Shown here in pieces: positions 41,855 through 53,749 of a stretch of 64,000 nucleotides of DNA. The notes below the pieces were generated by a model. It worked only from the letters and a program-made list of their open reading frames with translations. It searched no databases and had not been told where the DNA came from. The stretch comes from Endomicrobiales bacterium. GTDB lineage: Bacteria; Elusimicrobiota; Endomicrobiia; Endomicrobiales; CAWCFT01. Both the position numbers and the translations under genes were made by a program. How positions within the stretch are numbered: the stretch's first letter is position 1; each line of letters begins with the position of its first letter. The stretch is from assembly GCA_963794945.1 (NCBI GenBank), contig CAWCFT010000017.1, positions 32,001-96,000 on the forward strand. Direction: 5' to 3'.

Positions 41855-43084
41855 TCAGATTCCTTTTTTAAACATTCTATTAAACCCGAGTACGCCGCAT
41901 ACCAGGCGCGCTATCATCAGTTCTTCGTCCGTGTGAATGACGCGGACCATGGCACGGCTGGTATCAGTGGAAATCACGCCTTTATTTGTCGCATTGCGCT
42001 TTTCTTCAAGTTCGATCCCAAGAAATCCGAGCCCGTCACAAATTCGCGAGCGGACGAGCGGCGCATTTTCACCTATGCCTCCTGCGAAGACCAGCGTGTC
42101 CAATCCGCCCAGCGCGGCGAAGGAACCGATCCATTTCTTGACCTGATAGCAAAATAACGCGACCGCTTCAGCCGCCCGGGCGTCTTTCGCTTCCATGCCG
42201 AGCAAATCATGCATATCGGAACTGGTTTCAGAAACGCCAAGCAGGCCTGATTGAAAATTGACCATCTCGTTGAATAGTTTCGCGTCTAAACCTTCCGTGC
42301 GCGCCATATACCAATGAAGTCCGGGATCAAGATCGCCCGAGCGTGTGCTCATCGGCACTCCCGCAACAGGAGTAAAACTCATGCTTGTGTCTATTGATTT
42401 ACCTTTAAGCACTGCCGCAAGGCTCGCTCCATTTCCGAGATGGGCTAAGATCACCCGGCCTTGCGCCGCTTCCCTTCCTGCCAGACTGGCCAGCTCTTCC
42501 ATCAGGAACGCGTATGACAACCCGTGAAAACCGTACCGCCGTACTCCCTTCGCTTCATATCGGCGCGGGATTGGCAGCATCCGCGCTACGCGCGGCATGT
42601 CATGGTGAAAAGCCGTGTCGAAACAAGCTACTTGTGCCAGGTCCGGGAACCGGCGCGCGAACGACTCGGTCAACAGTATCTCTTCAGGTAGATGTTCAGG
42701 GTCAAACGGGCTTAAAGAGTGCAACTCCTTGACCATTGCCGTGGTGATAAGCTGTGGTTCGCTATACCTTGGCCCGCCATGCACCACGCGATGACCCACT
42801 GCGGCCAAAGTGTCCTTCCCAAAACGTTCATCTATCCAATCCATCAGTGCGCCAACCGCAAATGTGTGGTCGGGAGCCGAAAGCTTCCGTGAAAAGCTGT
42901 CTGCCGGATTTATGGCTTTCACCCGGAAAACAGCGTCGGCCAATCCGATTCGCTCGATACCGCCGTCCATAATCCGCAGAAGCTTGTCGCCGGTTTCGAA
43001 CACCGCGAACTTGATGCTCGATGAGCCGCCATTAATCGTAAGTATGCGCGGGTTAACCAGGTTCACAGATGATCCCTTAATCAT
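41855..43084 (-). CDS. ackA: Acetate kinase
   Basis: INGGSSSIKF, GHRVVHGG, FDTAFH, HLGNGAS, GGIGEN, TDEE. Confidence 0.95.
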   Translation of the reverse strand: MIKGSSVNLVNPRILTINGGSSSIKFAVFETGDKLLRIMDGGIERIGLADAVFRVKAINPADSFSRKLSAPDHTFAVGALMDWIDERFGKDTLAAVGHRVVHGGPRYSEPQLITTAMVKELHSLSPFDPEHLPEEILLTESFARRFPDLAQVACFDTAFHHDMPRVARMLPIPRRYEAKGVRRYGFHGLSYAFLMEELASLAGREAAQGRVILAHLGNGASLAAVLKGKSIDTSMSFTPVAGVPMSTRSGDLDPGLHWYMARTEGLDAKLFNEMVNFQSGLLGVSETSSDMHDLLGMEAKDARAAEAVALFCYQVKKWIGSFAALGGLDTLVFAGGIGENAPLVRSRICDGLGFLGIELEEKRNATNKGVISTDTSRAMVRVIHTDEELMIARLVCGVLGFNRMFKKGI

Positions 43085-43709
43085 TCTGCAGCTCCAACCC
43101 AAATGAGGCCAGTTTCGAGCGCGTGGATTTATAATCCGTGTGGAGAATGCTTCGGATCCCTAAACCTTCCGCAATCTCGACGAACATCGGGGTGTTTTCT
43201 ATATATACAACCTTATCGGCTGCAACCCTCACGGTATCGAGCGCAAGCCGAAAAATATCCTTGTCGGGTTTTCTCAAGTGGACGAAACAGGACGAAACGA
43301 AATAATCCACGAATCCGTCAAGTTTGAACTTACTGATACGGTACTCGTTTATCTCGCGCCCTTCGTTGCTGACTACGGTGATCTTCAGCCCATAACGCTC
43401 TTTAAGCCCTCGCACAAGCTCTATCATTTCGGGATAGGGCTTTGACTGCGCGTACATGAAGTTCAAAAATTGAGTCTGAGTAAACGGCCGTTTTTTGTAG
43501 AACACAAGCCGCTTTAAATATTCTTTAAGGGTTAGCTTGCCCAACTCATATGTATCGAGGGCCTCTTTATGACGGTTTTCCATCTCTTCAAAATCCAAGT
43601 TGAATGTTTTGCTCGCCAATTTACCGGCCTTATGGCTCCACCCGTCGGTGAGCAGAACACCGCCGATATCGATGAACAATGTTGTAATTAATCCGCTTTT
43701 TCTCATCAC
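43077..43709 (-). CDS. HAD-family phosphatase
   Basis: FIDIGGVL, RKPD. Confidence 0.88.
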   Translation of the reverse strand: MMRKSGLITTLFIDIGGVLLTDGWSHKAGKLASKTFNLDFEEMENRHKEALDTYELGKLTLKEYLKRLVFYKKRPFTQTQFLNFMYAQSKPYPEMIELVRGLKERYGLKITVVSNEGREINEYRISKFKLDGFVDYFVSSCFVHLRKPDKDIFRLALDTVRVAADKVVYIENTPMFVEIAEGLGIRSILHTDYKSTRSKLASFGLELQND

Positions 43710-43776
43710 GCCTCCTGCGAAAATATTTTCACCATATATCGCCCAATACTGATTTTGCCGGAGCTGGACAGGAATC

Positions 43777-45274
43777 TCAGTTCACAAGGCGCCCATGCAT
43801 CATAGTTATACTTCGCAGCCTTTGAGCAAGTTCACTGGTGAGCGCTCCATCCTTCAGCCGCCATCCCCAGTTTCCTTTCGCAACTCCGGGTAAATTCATT
43901 CTCGCATAAGACCCAAGCTCCAGAAGGTCTTGCGCCGGGACAATGGCAATATCAGATTGAGATGCAAATGCCTCACCGATCATTGCCCAGAACAACTTCC
44001 TGGTCGTTGGCTCGCAGCTTTTTCCGCACGGTTTCGCGTTGCGTGTCAGTCAGCTTTCCATACCAGCCTGCCGTTGTATCGTTATCATGCGTTCCGGTAT
44101 AGACCACGGATTGTAACGGATGCTGTTGTTGTGGAACTGAATCGGTTTTGATATTTGAGCTTAACTCGAATTGCAGGACACGAGTGCCCGGGATTTGAAA
44201 TTGATTCAGTAAAGCCACCACTTCGGGACTTGTTGCACCGAGATCGTCTCCTATAATAGACAAAGGCCCAAGAGCTTCGCGGACAGCTTTGAAAAAAGAC
44301 ACGCCTAAGCCAGTTTGGTAACGCCCGTTCGCAGCCGTCTTGTCCTGCGCGGACACTTCATACGTGCGGACAAAACCGATGAAATGATCCAGCCGGTTGA
44401 CATCAAACCGCCCAGCAGCCGTCTTGAGACGTTCGATCCACCAGCGGTAATTATGCGCCTGAAGCGCCTCCACGTTGTATATGGGAAGGCCCCATAACTG
44501 CCCGGTTTTTGAGAAATAATCGGGGGGGACCCCCGCGACCACCGTAGGATTTCCATCGGTATCAAGTTTGAAAAATTCCTGATGTGCCCAGGCATCGGCG
44601 CTGTGGTGCGCCACAAACAGGGGAATATCACCAATCAACCGGATGCCTTTGTGCGAGCAATAAACTCTTAACTCTTTCCACTGCACGAAAAACTGCCATT
44701 GAACAAACTTATGATAACGAATATCATCAGCAAGATGTTTCTGCACGCGGATGACGGCGTCTGGCTGGCGCGTTCGCAGCTCTTGCTCCCACCGGGTCCA
44801 ATTCGCGGTGCCCTCTTTGCCCCTGATGGCCGAGAACAACGAAAAGTCGTCAAGCCAGTAAGACTCCGAACTAGCAAATGCGTCGAACTCGGATTGCCTG
44901 TCGTTACGCCGGCACTTTTCAAAATGATCGAAGGCTTTTTTGAGCCATCCCAGTTTCAAGCGTGTCGCAGCGGGATAGTTCACCATTCCCTTATCGCTGT
45001 TGATGAGAGGCTCTATATCTTGGCGGCCAAGAAACCCTTGCTCAACCAATCGATCGGGACTTATCAGAAGCGGATTACCAGCAAAGGCTGACGGTGAGTT
45101 GTAAGGCGAATTTTCTTCTCCGGTCGGGCCGATGGGAAGCATCTGCCACCACCACTGTCCGCTCTGAACCATGAAATCCACAAAAGCATTTGCCGCCGGA
45201 CCCAGGTCGCCGATAGGATAGGGGCTTGCAAGCGAGCTTGGATGGAGAAGTATGCCGGAGGATCGTTGATTCAT
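43777..45274 (-). CDS. malQ: 4-alpha-glucanotransferase, frameshifted near 43990
   Basis: SGILLHPSSL, GVPPDYFS, RLDHF, YTGTHDNDT; C-terminal RMNLPG..GNWGWR in the next frame. Confidence 0.92.
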
Positions 45275-47457
45275 TGGGGACCTTCTCCTATCGGAGTTCC
45301 CGGCTTCCGCGCCAAAAGGATGGCGCTGGAGCGGAATTTCAACAGGTATGTTTGCTGATATTGCAAAAGCGGTTCCTTACCCGGAGCGAACAAATCGCAC
45401 GGTGTTTCGTCAAACGTATCTACAGCAAGATGCCACTTGGCCCCGGGCGTTATCGAAGGTAAACGGAAATCAACCGCATCGGCGCCGGCATTGAACAGGA
45501 GGCATAACGCTCGGTGCTCGTCTTCGTGGATCAAACAGGCAAATTGCTTTTCCTTCGGATCGGTCCAGTTGGGCGATCCTCCTTGCGGGCCAAACCAATG
45601 TATATCACCGTCCGCGTAAAATTGCTCCTTGCTCAAAACCGGATGGGCGAGGCGAAAAGCGATCATGCCCTGAGCAAACCTGTAAATCTCACGATGCTTT
45701 TCAAGATCGCCCCAGTCTATCCAGCTGTTTTCATTGTCCTGGCAGTAAGCGTTATTGTTGCCGCTTTGAGTGCGGCGGAATTCGTCTCCGGCCAACAGCA
45801 TCGGCACTCCGCGTGAAACCAGCAAGGTCATAACAAAGTTTTTGATCTGGCGTTTCCGGACGGACTCTTTGCCGGCATCATTCGTCGGACCCTCATAGCC
45901 ATAATTTTCGCTGAAATTTTCATTTGTTCCGTCGTGGTTATTCTCTCCGTTTGCCTCATTGTGCTTTTCCCGATAACTCACCAGGTCGTTGAGAGTGAAA
46001 CCGTCGTGGCAAGTGATGAAATTGATGCTGCCCTCGGGGCCTTTACCCGATTTGCCATAAATGTCGGCACTGCCGCAGAGGCGGTTGGCAAACAAACCGA
46101 GCATCCCCTCATCGCCGCGCCAGAATCGCCGAACATCGTCTCTATACCGCCCGTTCCACTCCGCCCATCGACGCTGTGAAAAACTGCCAACCTCGTATGC
46201 TCCGGCAGCGTCCCAGGCCTCGGCAATGATTTTCACGTCTCTCAAGATCGGATCCTCAGCGATCCGTTCGAGAAGCGGAGCATTGGCTAACAGCTTGCCG
46301 TTGCCGTCCCGGCCGAGAACAGACGCCAGATCAAACCGGAATCCATCTACATGCATATCGATCATCCAATACCGGAGCGCGGCCAGGATATGGTCCCTCA
46401 CCACAGGATGGTTTGCGTTGACGGTATTGCCCGTACCCGTGTAGTCCTTGTAGTAACGTTTGTTGTCATCCAGTGTGTAAAAGATCGAGTTATCAATCCC
46501 GCGAAAACAGAGCGTCGGGCCGCGTTCGTCTCCTTCCGCCGTGTGATTGAACACAACGTCCAGGATCACTTCGATACCCGCATTGTGAAAAGACCGGATC
46601 ATTTCCTTGAACTCCAGCTTCTGCTGGCCCAAACCTCCCGAACTGCCGTAAGATGCTTTGGGCGCGCAGAAAACCACGGGGTCGTATCCCCAGTAATTGC
46701 TGAGCAATTGATTTGTTTGCGAGTTTCTGCGTGGGATGGAATTTCCATTAAACTCCTGAACGGGCATCAGCTCCACGGCGGTTACCCCCAGGGTTGTGAG
46801 ATAGGGGATCTTTTCTATCAGGCCCCGGTATGTGCCGGGATGCTCAACACCAGACGAGGGGTGAACGGAAAATCCGCGAACATGCATTTCATAAATAACT
46901 GTCTTCGACCAGGGATGCCGGAGTGGCTGATCGCCCTGCCAATCGAAGTGGTCATTAACACATATGCATTTCGGCATTGAACCGGCATTATCCCGCTTCG
47001 AGATAACCACGTCTTGCGCCTGAGCCGATGGATCGTATCCGCGCGCCGATTCAAAGTCCCATGGCGGCAAATGTGAAATCGCGGTAGCGCAGGGATCCAG
47101 GAGAAGCCTGTTGAAATTGAAACGATCTCCTTTGCCGGGATCGTAAGGGCCATCCACGCGGTACGCATAGAGCTGGCCGAAACTGATCCCCTTCACCCAG
47201 ACGTGCCAAACGTCGCCGGTGCGGTTGTGTGCTGAATCGAAATCAATAATTCGGGAGGGCACTGCATCTTCGCAATGGTCGAACAACTCCAATCGAACAC
47301 GACTGGCATAACGGCTAAATAATGCAAAGTTAACTCCTCCCTCAGATTCATGGATTCCCAAAGGTAGAGGAGAACCGCTCCGAACATCAGCATGTTCGGA
47401 GATCTTAGAGATATATGCGGGCACCCCGTCTTGGGGCGGCTTCGTCATCGTTGCCAT
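45271..47457 (-). CDS. glgX: Glycogen debranching enzyme
   Basis: NYWGY, DVVFNHTAEG, DGFRFDLAS, HDGFTLNDLV. Confidence 0.96.
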   Translation of the reverse strand: MATMTKPPQDGVPAYISKISEHADVRSGSPLPLGIHESEGGVNFALFSRYASRVRLELFDHCEDAVPSRIIDFDSAHNRTGDVWHVWVKGISFGQLYAYRVDGPYDPGKGDRFNFNRLLLDPCATAISHLPPWDFESARGYDPSAQAQDVVISKRDNAGSMPKCICVNDHFDWQGDQPLRHPWSKTVIYEMHVRGFSVHPSSGVEHPGTYRGLIEKIPYLTTLGVTAVELMPVQEFNGNSIPRRNSQTNQLLSNYWGYDPVVFCAPKASYGSSGGLGQQKLEFKEMIRSFHNAGIEVILDVVFNHTAEGDERGPTLCFRGIDNSIFYTLDDNKRYYKDYTGTGNTVNANHPVVRDHILAALRYWMIDMHVDGFRFDLASVLGRDGNGKLLANAPLLERIAEDPILRDVKIIAEAWDAAGAYEVGSFSQRRWAEWNGRYRDDVRRFWRGDEGMLGLFANRLCGSADIYGKSGKGPEGSINFITCHDGFTLNDLVSYREKHNEANGENNHDGTNENFSENYGYEGPTNDAGKESVRKRQIKNFVMTLLVSRGVPMLLAGDEFRRTQSGNNNAYCQDNENSWIDWGDLEKHREIYRFAQGMIAFRLAHPVLSKEQFYADGDIHWFGPQGGSPNWTDPKEKQFACLIHEDEHRALCLLFNAGADAVDFRLPSITPGAKWHLAVDTFDETPCDLFAPGKEPLLQYQQTYLLKFRSSAILLARKPGTPIGEGPQ

Positions 47458-49991
47458 AGGATATGAACCTCTTCCAGAGGGACCGCACTGCCGGCGAAAA
47501 ACGGTATCACCCGAGCTGTATAACTCTCCGCAGGCCGGTCCGCTGATACCGATATGCTATAGATGTACCCTCTTCCCACGCCCGTTAATTCTCGCCCTCG
47601 CTTCATCTCCAGCTTTACAGAATTACCCCCGTTGACGCCATTCGAATAAAGTTCAACGCGAACCGTATTCGGGTCGATGTCATTGAGATACACATGCACC
47701 TCAAAAACATGCTGCTCACCCCGAGTCTCAACCTGCGTTTCGCCGAAGCCCAGCGCGGACCATTTCTCTTTAAGAGCATGTTCCCAATTTACCATGTTCC
47801 TGCCTGCTGCGCCTTTATCGGAAGCGCGAGCAAGGTAAGATGCTGCGGCAGGAATGTAATGCTGTTCGGTATATTCACGCACCGTGCGGTTCGTGGAAAA
47901 TCTTGGCGTCAAACGCGCCATGCTCTCTCTCATACGCGCCACCCATTCAACCGGTATGCCTTGCTCGTTGCGCCGGTAAAATTCCGGAATCACTTTCTGT
48001 TCCAGCAACTCATAAAGGGCTTCGGCTTCGATGTTGTCCAGCGTCGGGTCATCACCGTGTTCCTTTCCGTCACCTAGAGCCCAACCGACTTCCGGGCTGT
48101 AGGCTTCCGCCCACCAGCCGTCAAGTTCCGACAGATTGATGCCGCCGTTTACAAGAACCTTCATACCGCTCGTCCCGCTGGCCTCCCAGGGCCTGCGGGG
48201 CGTATTTATCCGAACATCCACCCCCTGCACCAGGCGAGCGGCGAGCAGCATATCGTAGTCGCTGAGAAATATCACGTGAGGGCGTATATACGGCCGCTGT
48301 ATAAAATTAATCCATTCCTTGATGAGGGCCTGCCCTGCCCAGTCTGCGGGATGGGCTTTACCGGCCATGATGAGCTGTACCGGGCGTTCAGTATTTGTTA
48401 GCAGGCGGCGCAGGCGTTCCGGGTCGCGCAAGAGCAGATTCGGCCTCTTGTAAGTGGCAAAGCGCCGCGCAAAACCAAGCGTCAGCGCGTTAGGGTCAAA
48501 TAGATGTTTCACCACTTCAACCTGATCCTGCGGTGCCCCTGTGGATGCCAGCTGCCGGGATAATCTTTCACGGGCGTATTCGACAAGAGATTTGCTTGCG
48601 GCTGAACGGAACTGCCAAAGCCTGGCGTCGGGAATGCGGCGGATATTCTGTTCCATAGTTTCGGTTGTGCCAAGCCAGCGGTCTTTTCCGCAGGCCTCGG
48701 TCCAGAGATCATCGGATTCCGCCGAGTCCCAGCTCGACATATGAACTCCGTTGGTAACGTGACCTACGGGGACCTCGTCCACCGGCCAGCGCGAAAAAAG
48801 AGAAGAAAACAACTGCCTGCTCACTTTCCCGTGCAGGCGGCTCACGCCGTTGACCGCTCCGCTGCCGCGGATCGCAAGATATGCCATATTGAAAGGTTCA
48901 GAATTGTCGCCGCCGTTTTGGCGGCCCAGCGCCATCAGATCATTAAATGAAATGCCTAATGCTTTCTGCGCATATATGCCAAGGTAATGTTCAATAAGAG
49001 ACGGCTCAAAACGGTCGAAGCCTGCAGCCACCGCCGTATGAGTGGTAAAAAGATTTCCTGCCCGCGTGACCGCGAGAGCCACGTCAAAAGGCACAGAGTT
49101 TTCCTTCATAAAACTCCGGGCGCGTTCAAGCACAGCAAAAGCTGCATGTCCCTCGTTTAAATGACAAACCTCCGGTTTTATACCAAGCGCTTCGAGCAGT
49201 CGCCACCCGCCAAGCCCAAGCAGCAGCTCCTGCTTAAGGCGCAGTTCAGAGCCGCCCCCGTAAAGTTCGCTCGTAATTCCGCGATGTGTCGGAATGTTCG
49301 CGGCGTCATTGCTGTCCAGCAGGTAAAGTTTAACTCTCCCAACCTGTACCTGCCATGCGCGCAACCATAACGAATAGCCGGGTAAGGTAATCTCCAACCG
49401 AAGCCACTCACCGTTCGGGTGACGCAAAGGCATGATAGGCAGTTGTCCGGGATCATTATATGGATAAATTGCCTCTTGTTCCCCGTTCCTGTTGATTATC
49501 TGGCGAAAATAACCCTGCTGGTATAAGAGGCCCACACCGATCACAGGCACACCCAGGTCGCTGTCGGCTTTAAGCTGATCGCCGGCTACGTTGCCGAGTC
49601 CGCCGGAGTAAATGGGCAGAGCTTCGCTCAGCATAAATTCCATGCTGAAATAAGCGACGTTGGTCAGCGGGCTCTGCGGATGATTCTTCTGGAACCATGC
49701 TGGAACTTCCAGCGCCTCACGCCGGGCCAGCGCCAATTCTTCGACGGTCTTGCGAAAAACCGGGTCTGCCAAAACATGCTCTATCTGGTCGCGGGAAACG
49801 GTCCGCAGGACAACCCACGGATTATGAGTAAGTTCCCACAGCACGGGATCAAGCTGCCGCCAAACATTATCTGTAGCGTGGTTCCACGACCAGCGCATAT
49901 TCAGGGCAAGTTCAGCCAGAAGATCAAACCCCTCGACATCTTTAGGCAACAGGCTGTATATCGGTTTATTGACAGGCTCTTTTTCGCTCAT
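47445..49991 (-). CDS. glgP: Alpha-glucan (glycogen) phosphorylase
   Basis: YSGGLG, HLNEGH, FARRFATYKR, EASGTSGMK. Confidence 0.96.
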   Translation of the reverse strand: MSEKEPVNKPIYSLLPKDVEGFDLLAELALNMRWSWNHATDNVWRQLDPVLWELTHNPWVVLRTVSRDQIEHVLADPVFRKTVEELALARREALEVPAWFQKNHPQSPLTNVAYFSMEFMLSEALPIYSGGLGNVAGDQLKADSDLGVPVIGVGLLYQQGYFRQIINRNGEQEAIYPYNDPGQLPIMPLRHPNGEWLRLEITLPGYSLWLRAWQVQVGRVKLYLLDSNDAANIPTHRGITSELYGGGSELRLKQELLLGLGGWRLLEALGIKPEVCHLNEGHAAFAVLERARSFMKENSVPFDVALAVTRAGNLFTTHTAVAAGFDRFEPSLIEHYLGIYAQKALGISFNDLMALGRQNGGDNSEPFNMAYLAIRGSGAVNGVSRLHGKVSRQLFSSLFSRWPVDEVPVGHVTNGVHMSSWDSAESDDLWTEACGKDRWLGTTETMEQNIRRIPDARLWQFRSAASKSLVEYARERLSRQLASTGAPQDQVEVVKHLFDPNALTLGFARRFATYKRPNLLLRDPERLRRLLTNTERPVQLIMAGKAHPADWAGQALIKEWINFIQRPYIRPHVIFLSDYDMLLAARLVQGVDVRINTPRRPWEASGTSGMKVLVNGGINLSELDGWWAEAYSPEVGWALGDGKEHGDDPTLDNIEAEALYELLEQKVIPEFYRRNEQGIPVEWVARMRESMARLTPRFSTNRTVREYTEQHYIPAAASYLARASDKGAAGRNMVNWEHALKEKWSALGFGETQVETRGEQHVFEVHVYLNDIDPNTVRVELYSNGVNGGNSVKLEMKRGRELTGVGRGYIYSISVSADRPAESYTARVIPFFAGSAVPLEEVHILWQR

Positions 49992-51689
49992 AGTTTCTCC
50001 TTTCCGCGCTGCTCATACTGTAGCGTCTTTGTCGTCATATCAGTGACCGTTGGCGGGCCGAAATACTGGATCGGGCCGGGGGAAATGTAACTTTCAGTCA
50101 TCGCCCATTTCTCCCGGTTCTTCTCAAACGCCTTAAAAGGCGCGTCGTCCAGTCGTACCAGCGCCTTCCGGATGACGGGCTTATGTCGCCCATTCCTTCT
50201 TTCGATGTTCAACATCATTGTGATTGGCGCACCGCCGCATTGCCATTGCCGTGGTTCATTTATCAGATTTCCGACCAATGAAAGATAACCGTTGAAACCA
50301 TTCAAAACAAGAAGCCGCCGCGTTATAGCCCAGGGCGTATGCATATTGCGCGTCGAAATTTGACGGCGCTCCGCTCCTGCCTTCATATCCGAAGAAATGA
50401 GTGATCGTGGAAAAATTCCCCTGGTATGTTCCTGCCTTCTTCATGTCCGAGAGCCGGATCCTGACCATTTCGATAAGCAGTTTTTCCGTATCTATCAACG
50501 ATACCTGCACGTTGCCGTGCGAGTCTCTTTCAAGCATCATCTGTTCCGATATCTCTCCCGGCAGAGATCTCATAAACTTCGATGAACGCGCCGGGAGCTT
50601 CGAATACACTAATTTTTTCTTGTCATCAATGTGCGGCAGGGAACTTAACTTCCCCTCGTTTTCAGCCAGAATCTCATTCAGGTTTGATATAAGCTTTTTC
50701 ATCTCGGGAATGAACTCGATTAGGCCTTCGGGGATAATCGCTACACCGAAATCTTTCTTTTCCCCCGCTCGGCGAGACACAACCTCAGCTATGGATTCTA
50801 CGATCTGAGCGAGCGTCATATTCTTTGCCAGCGCTTCTTCGCCGATAAGGGTGATGTTCGGCTGTGTCTTGAAAGCAACCTCAAGCGCAATGTGCGAAGC
50901 GCTCCGGCCCATCAACCGCACGAAATGCCAGTGTTTCCGCGCCGAATTGACGTCGCAGCAGATGTTCCCGGCAAGTTCCGAGTATATTTTTGTGGCGGTA
51001 TCGAAACCGAACGAGGCCTCGATCTGTTCACTCTTCAGGTCACCGTCGATCGTCTTGGGAACGCCGATGACGCTAAAGTCCACACCCTCGTTCTTGAAGT
51101 ACTCGGCCATAAGCGCCGCGTTCGTGTTGGAATCGTCTCCCCCTATGACGACGAGCGCGTCGATATTGTTGCCCAGCAGGGTCTTTTTGGCAAGCTCGAA
51201 CTGTTCCGGGCTCTCAATACTCGTCCTGCCGGACCCGATAATATCGAAACCGCCGGTATTGCGGTACTCGTCCATGAGCCGCGCCGTGATCTCTTTCCAT
51301 TTATTTTCCAGTATTCCCGACTGGCCTCCGAGAAATCCGATCAGCTTGTTTTCAGGGTTCGCTTTCTTCAGGCCGTCAAATAGCCCTGCGATTACGTTGT
51401 GGCCGCCCGGCGCCTGACCGCCCGAGAGTACGGCGCCCACCTTAACGATCTTTTTAGAGGCTACCGGGTTCTTCGCTCTGCTAAACGTAACCAGGGGCAT
51501 ACCGTAGGTACGCGGAAACAGTTTTCGCACCATTTCCTGGTCAGCAATGCTCCCGGTCAGTTTACCAGACACCGGCAGGACCGCCCCCGGCCCGTTTTTA
51601 TAAATCTCAGGAAGAGTTGGACGAAATTTCATCCTCGCCCGTTTTAATTCAGACATCATACTCTTTTGCATCATTCGTAGCCCTTTCAT
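49988..51689 (-). CDS. pfp: Pyrophosphate-dependent phosphofructokinase, frameshifted near 50320
   Basis: SGGQAPGGHN, GGDDSNT, PKTIDGD, MGRSASH, GYEGR; C-terminal PGPIQYFG in the next frame. Confidence 0.93.
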
Positions 51690-53331
51690 TTTGCTCCAAT
51701 AGCATCATTCACGATTATCTGAGCTTCTTCAAGGATTTTGCGCAGATGATCCTCTCCCTTGAAACTCTCCGCGTATATCTTGTATATATCTTCGGTGCCC
51801 GAAGGCCTTGCGGCAAACCAACCGCTTTCGGTTGTTACTTTCACACCGCCGATTGGCGCGCTGTTGCCAGGCGCGTTACTTATGACACTTTTAATATTTT
51901 CGCCAGCAAGCTCTTTGATCGTAACCTGTTGGGGCGAAAGTTTAGCCAAAGCTTCTTTTTGCTCAGGAGTTGCAGGCGCTTCCACGCGGTCGTAAACAGG
52001 TTCGCCGAACTCGCGTGTTAATTTGCGGTAGATCTCTCCGGGATCGCGGCCCATTTTTGCCGTTATCTCAGCTGACAGAAGAGCCGGAACAATTCCGTCT
52101 TTATCAGTTGTCCAAACCGTGCCATCTAAACGGACGAAAGACGCACCCGCGCTCTCTTCCCCGCCGAAACCAAGCGTTCCGTCCAACAACCCGTCCGCGA
52201 ACCATTTAAAACCAACCGGAACCTCGTAAAGTTTGCGTCCAAGTTTTGCAGTGACAAGGTCTATCGTCCGGCTGCTAACCACGGTCTTGCCGACCATGGC
52301 TTCCTTGCGCCATTTTGGCCTGTGTTGAAAAAGGTAGAAGATGGCTACTGAAAGATAGTGATTGGGCGCAAGCAGTCCGGCGCTTTTAGTAACAATCCCA
52401 TGCCTGTCGTGGTCAGTGTCGCAGGCAAAAGCGATATCGAAGCGGTCTTTTAAACCGATAAGCTTCTGCATAGCGTAAGGTGAGGACGGATCCATTCTTA
52501 TCTGCCCGTCCCAATCCACTGTCATAAAGCGAAAAGTCGGGTCAACAACATCGTTTACAACCGTCAGGTTCAACCCATAACGTTCGGCGATCGGAGCCCA
52601 GTAATGAACGCCAGCGCCGCCGAGAGGGTCAACACCTATGCTTATCTTAGCGCCGCGGATTATGTCCATGTCGATCACGTTGCAGAGATCGCTTACATAT
52701 TCATCCAGGAAATTATGCCGGTGCGTCGTACCGGCGCGAAGGGCCTTCTCAAAAGGCATTCTTTTTACATCCTTAAGGCCTCCCTCAAGCAATTCGTTCG
52801 CTTTTGCTTCTATCCAGCCGGTGACATCGGTTTCGGCCGGCCCGCCATTGGGAGGGTTGTATTTGAAACCTCCGTCATGCGGCGGATTATGCGAAGGTGT
52901 GATAACTATACCGTCGGCAAGCCCTGTCTTGCGTCCGCGGTTGTATGTAATAATTGCGTGAGAAATAACGGGGGTCGGGGTGTATTCTTCTTTATCCGCC
53001 ATCATTACTTCCACCTCGTTGGCAGCAAGCACCTCAAGGGCGGTTGCAAAAGCCGGAACGGAGAGCGCGTGCGTATCCATTCCTATGAACAGGGTGCCGT
53101 CAATTTTTTTCTGGTTGCGGTAGAGGCAAATGGCTTGAGTGATGGCGAGAATTTGCTTTTCATTGAACGCTTTATCGAAGGCTGACCGCGGTGCCCTGAA
53201 GTGCCGAACGCAACCCTCTGCGCAGGTACTGCCGGATCAGGCGCTTCGGTATAATATGCTGTGATAAGTTTGGGCACATTAACCAGCATTGCAGGCTTGG
53301 CAAGTTTTCCCGCCAAAGGACTTATTTTCAT
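51686..53331 (-). CDS. pgm: Phosphoglucomutase (alpha-D-glucose-1,6-bisphosphate-dependent), frameshifted near 53185
   Basis: FGTSGHRG, TPSHNPP, DTDHDR, GEESAG, ARPSGTE. Confidence 0.94.
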
Positions 53332-53356
53332 GTCACTTACCTCATTGAAACCGGGT

Positions 53357-53749
53357 TTAGCGAAACATGGGGTATCGAGCGTAATGACTGATGCCGAAAA
53401 ACAGTAATATAATTATCAATATCCATAAGATCCCATTTTCAATCGCTTTATTCGCGTCGACTACAACCTTCTCTTGTTCCGTTACGCGTTTGCGGGAAGG
53501 CCTGGGGCTTGCCGCCACAAGCAACAGTGAAATCAAAATTCCCATTAAAACAATCGGCAGCCAGTTCGATCCATGCCACAGCGGCCCAAAAGGCACAAGC
53601 CATATGCCACCCGCCCATGAAAAAAGCGACACCAAGAGAAAAAACCACAGAAAACTGTTCCAAGGCCCCCTTGTGCCGAAAATAATAAAAAAACTCCACA
53701 CAATAAAAAAACCAAAAGCCAGAGCGACAAATAGATCAGCTATAAACAT
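53357..53749 (-). CDS. Hypothetical membrane protein
   Basis: Four hydrophobic segments; lies in the operon between tal and pgm. Confidence 0.7.
   Translation of the reverse strand: MFIADLFVALAFGFFIVWSFFIIFGTRGPWNSFLWFFLLVSLFSWAGGIWLVPFGPLWHGSNWLPIVLMGILISLLLVAASPRPSRKRVTEQEKVVVDANKAIENGILWILIIILLFFGISHYARYPMFR

Noticed and set aside
26990..53190. Programmed ribosomal frameshifting as explanation for the split genes
   Set aside because: The breaks fall in ordinary enzymes, with no shared slippery sequence that I could see.
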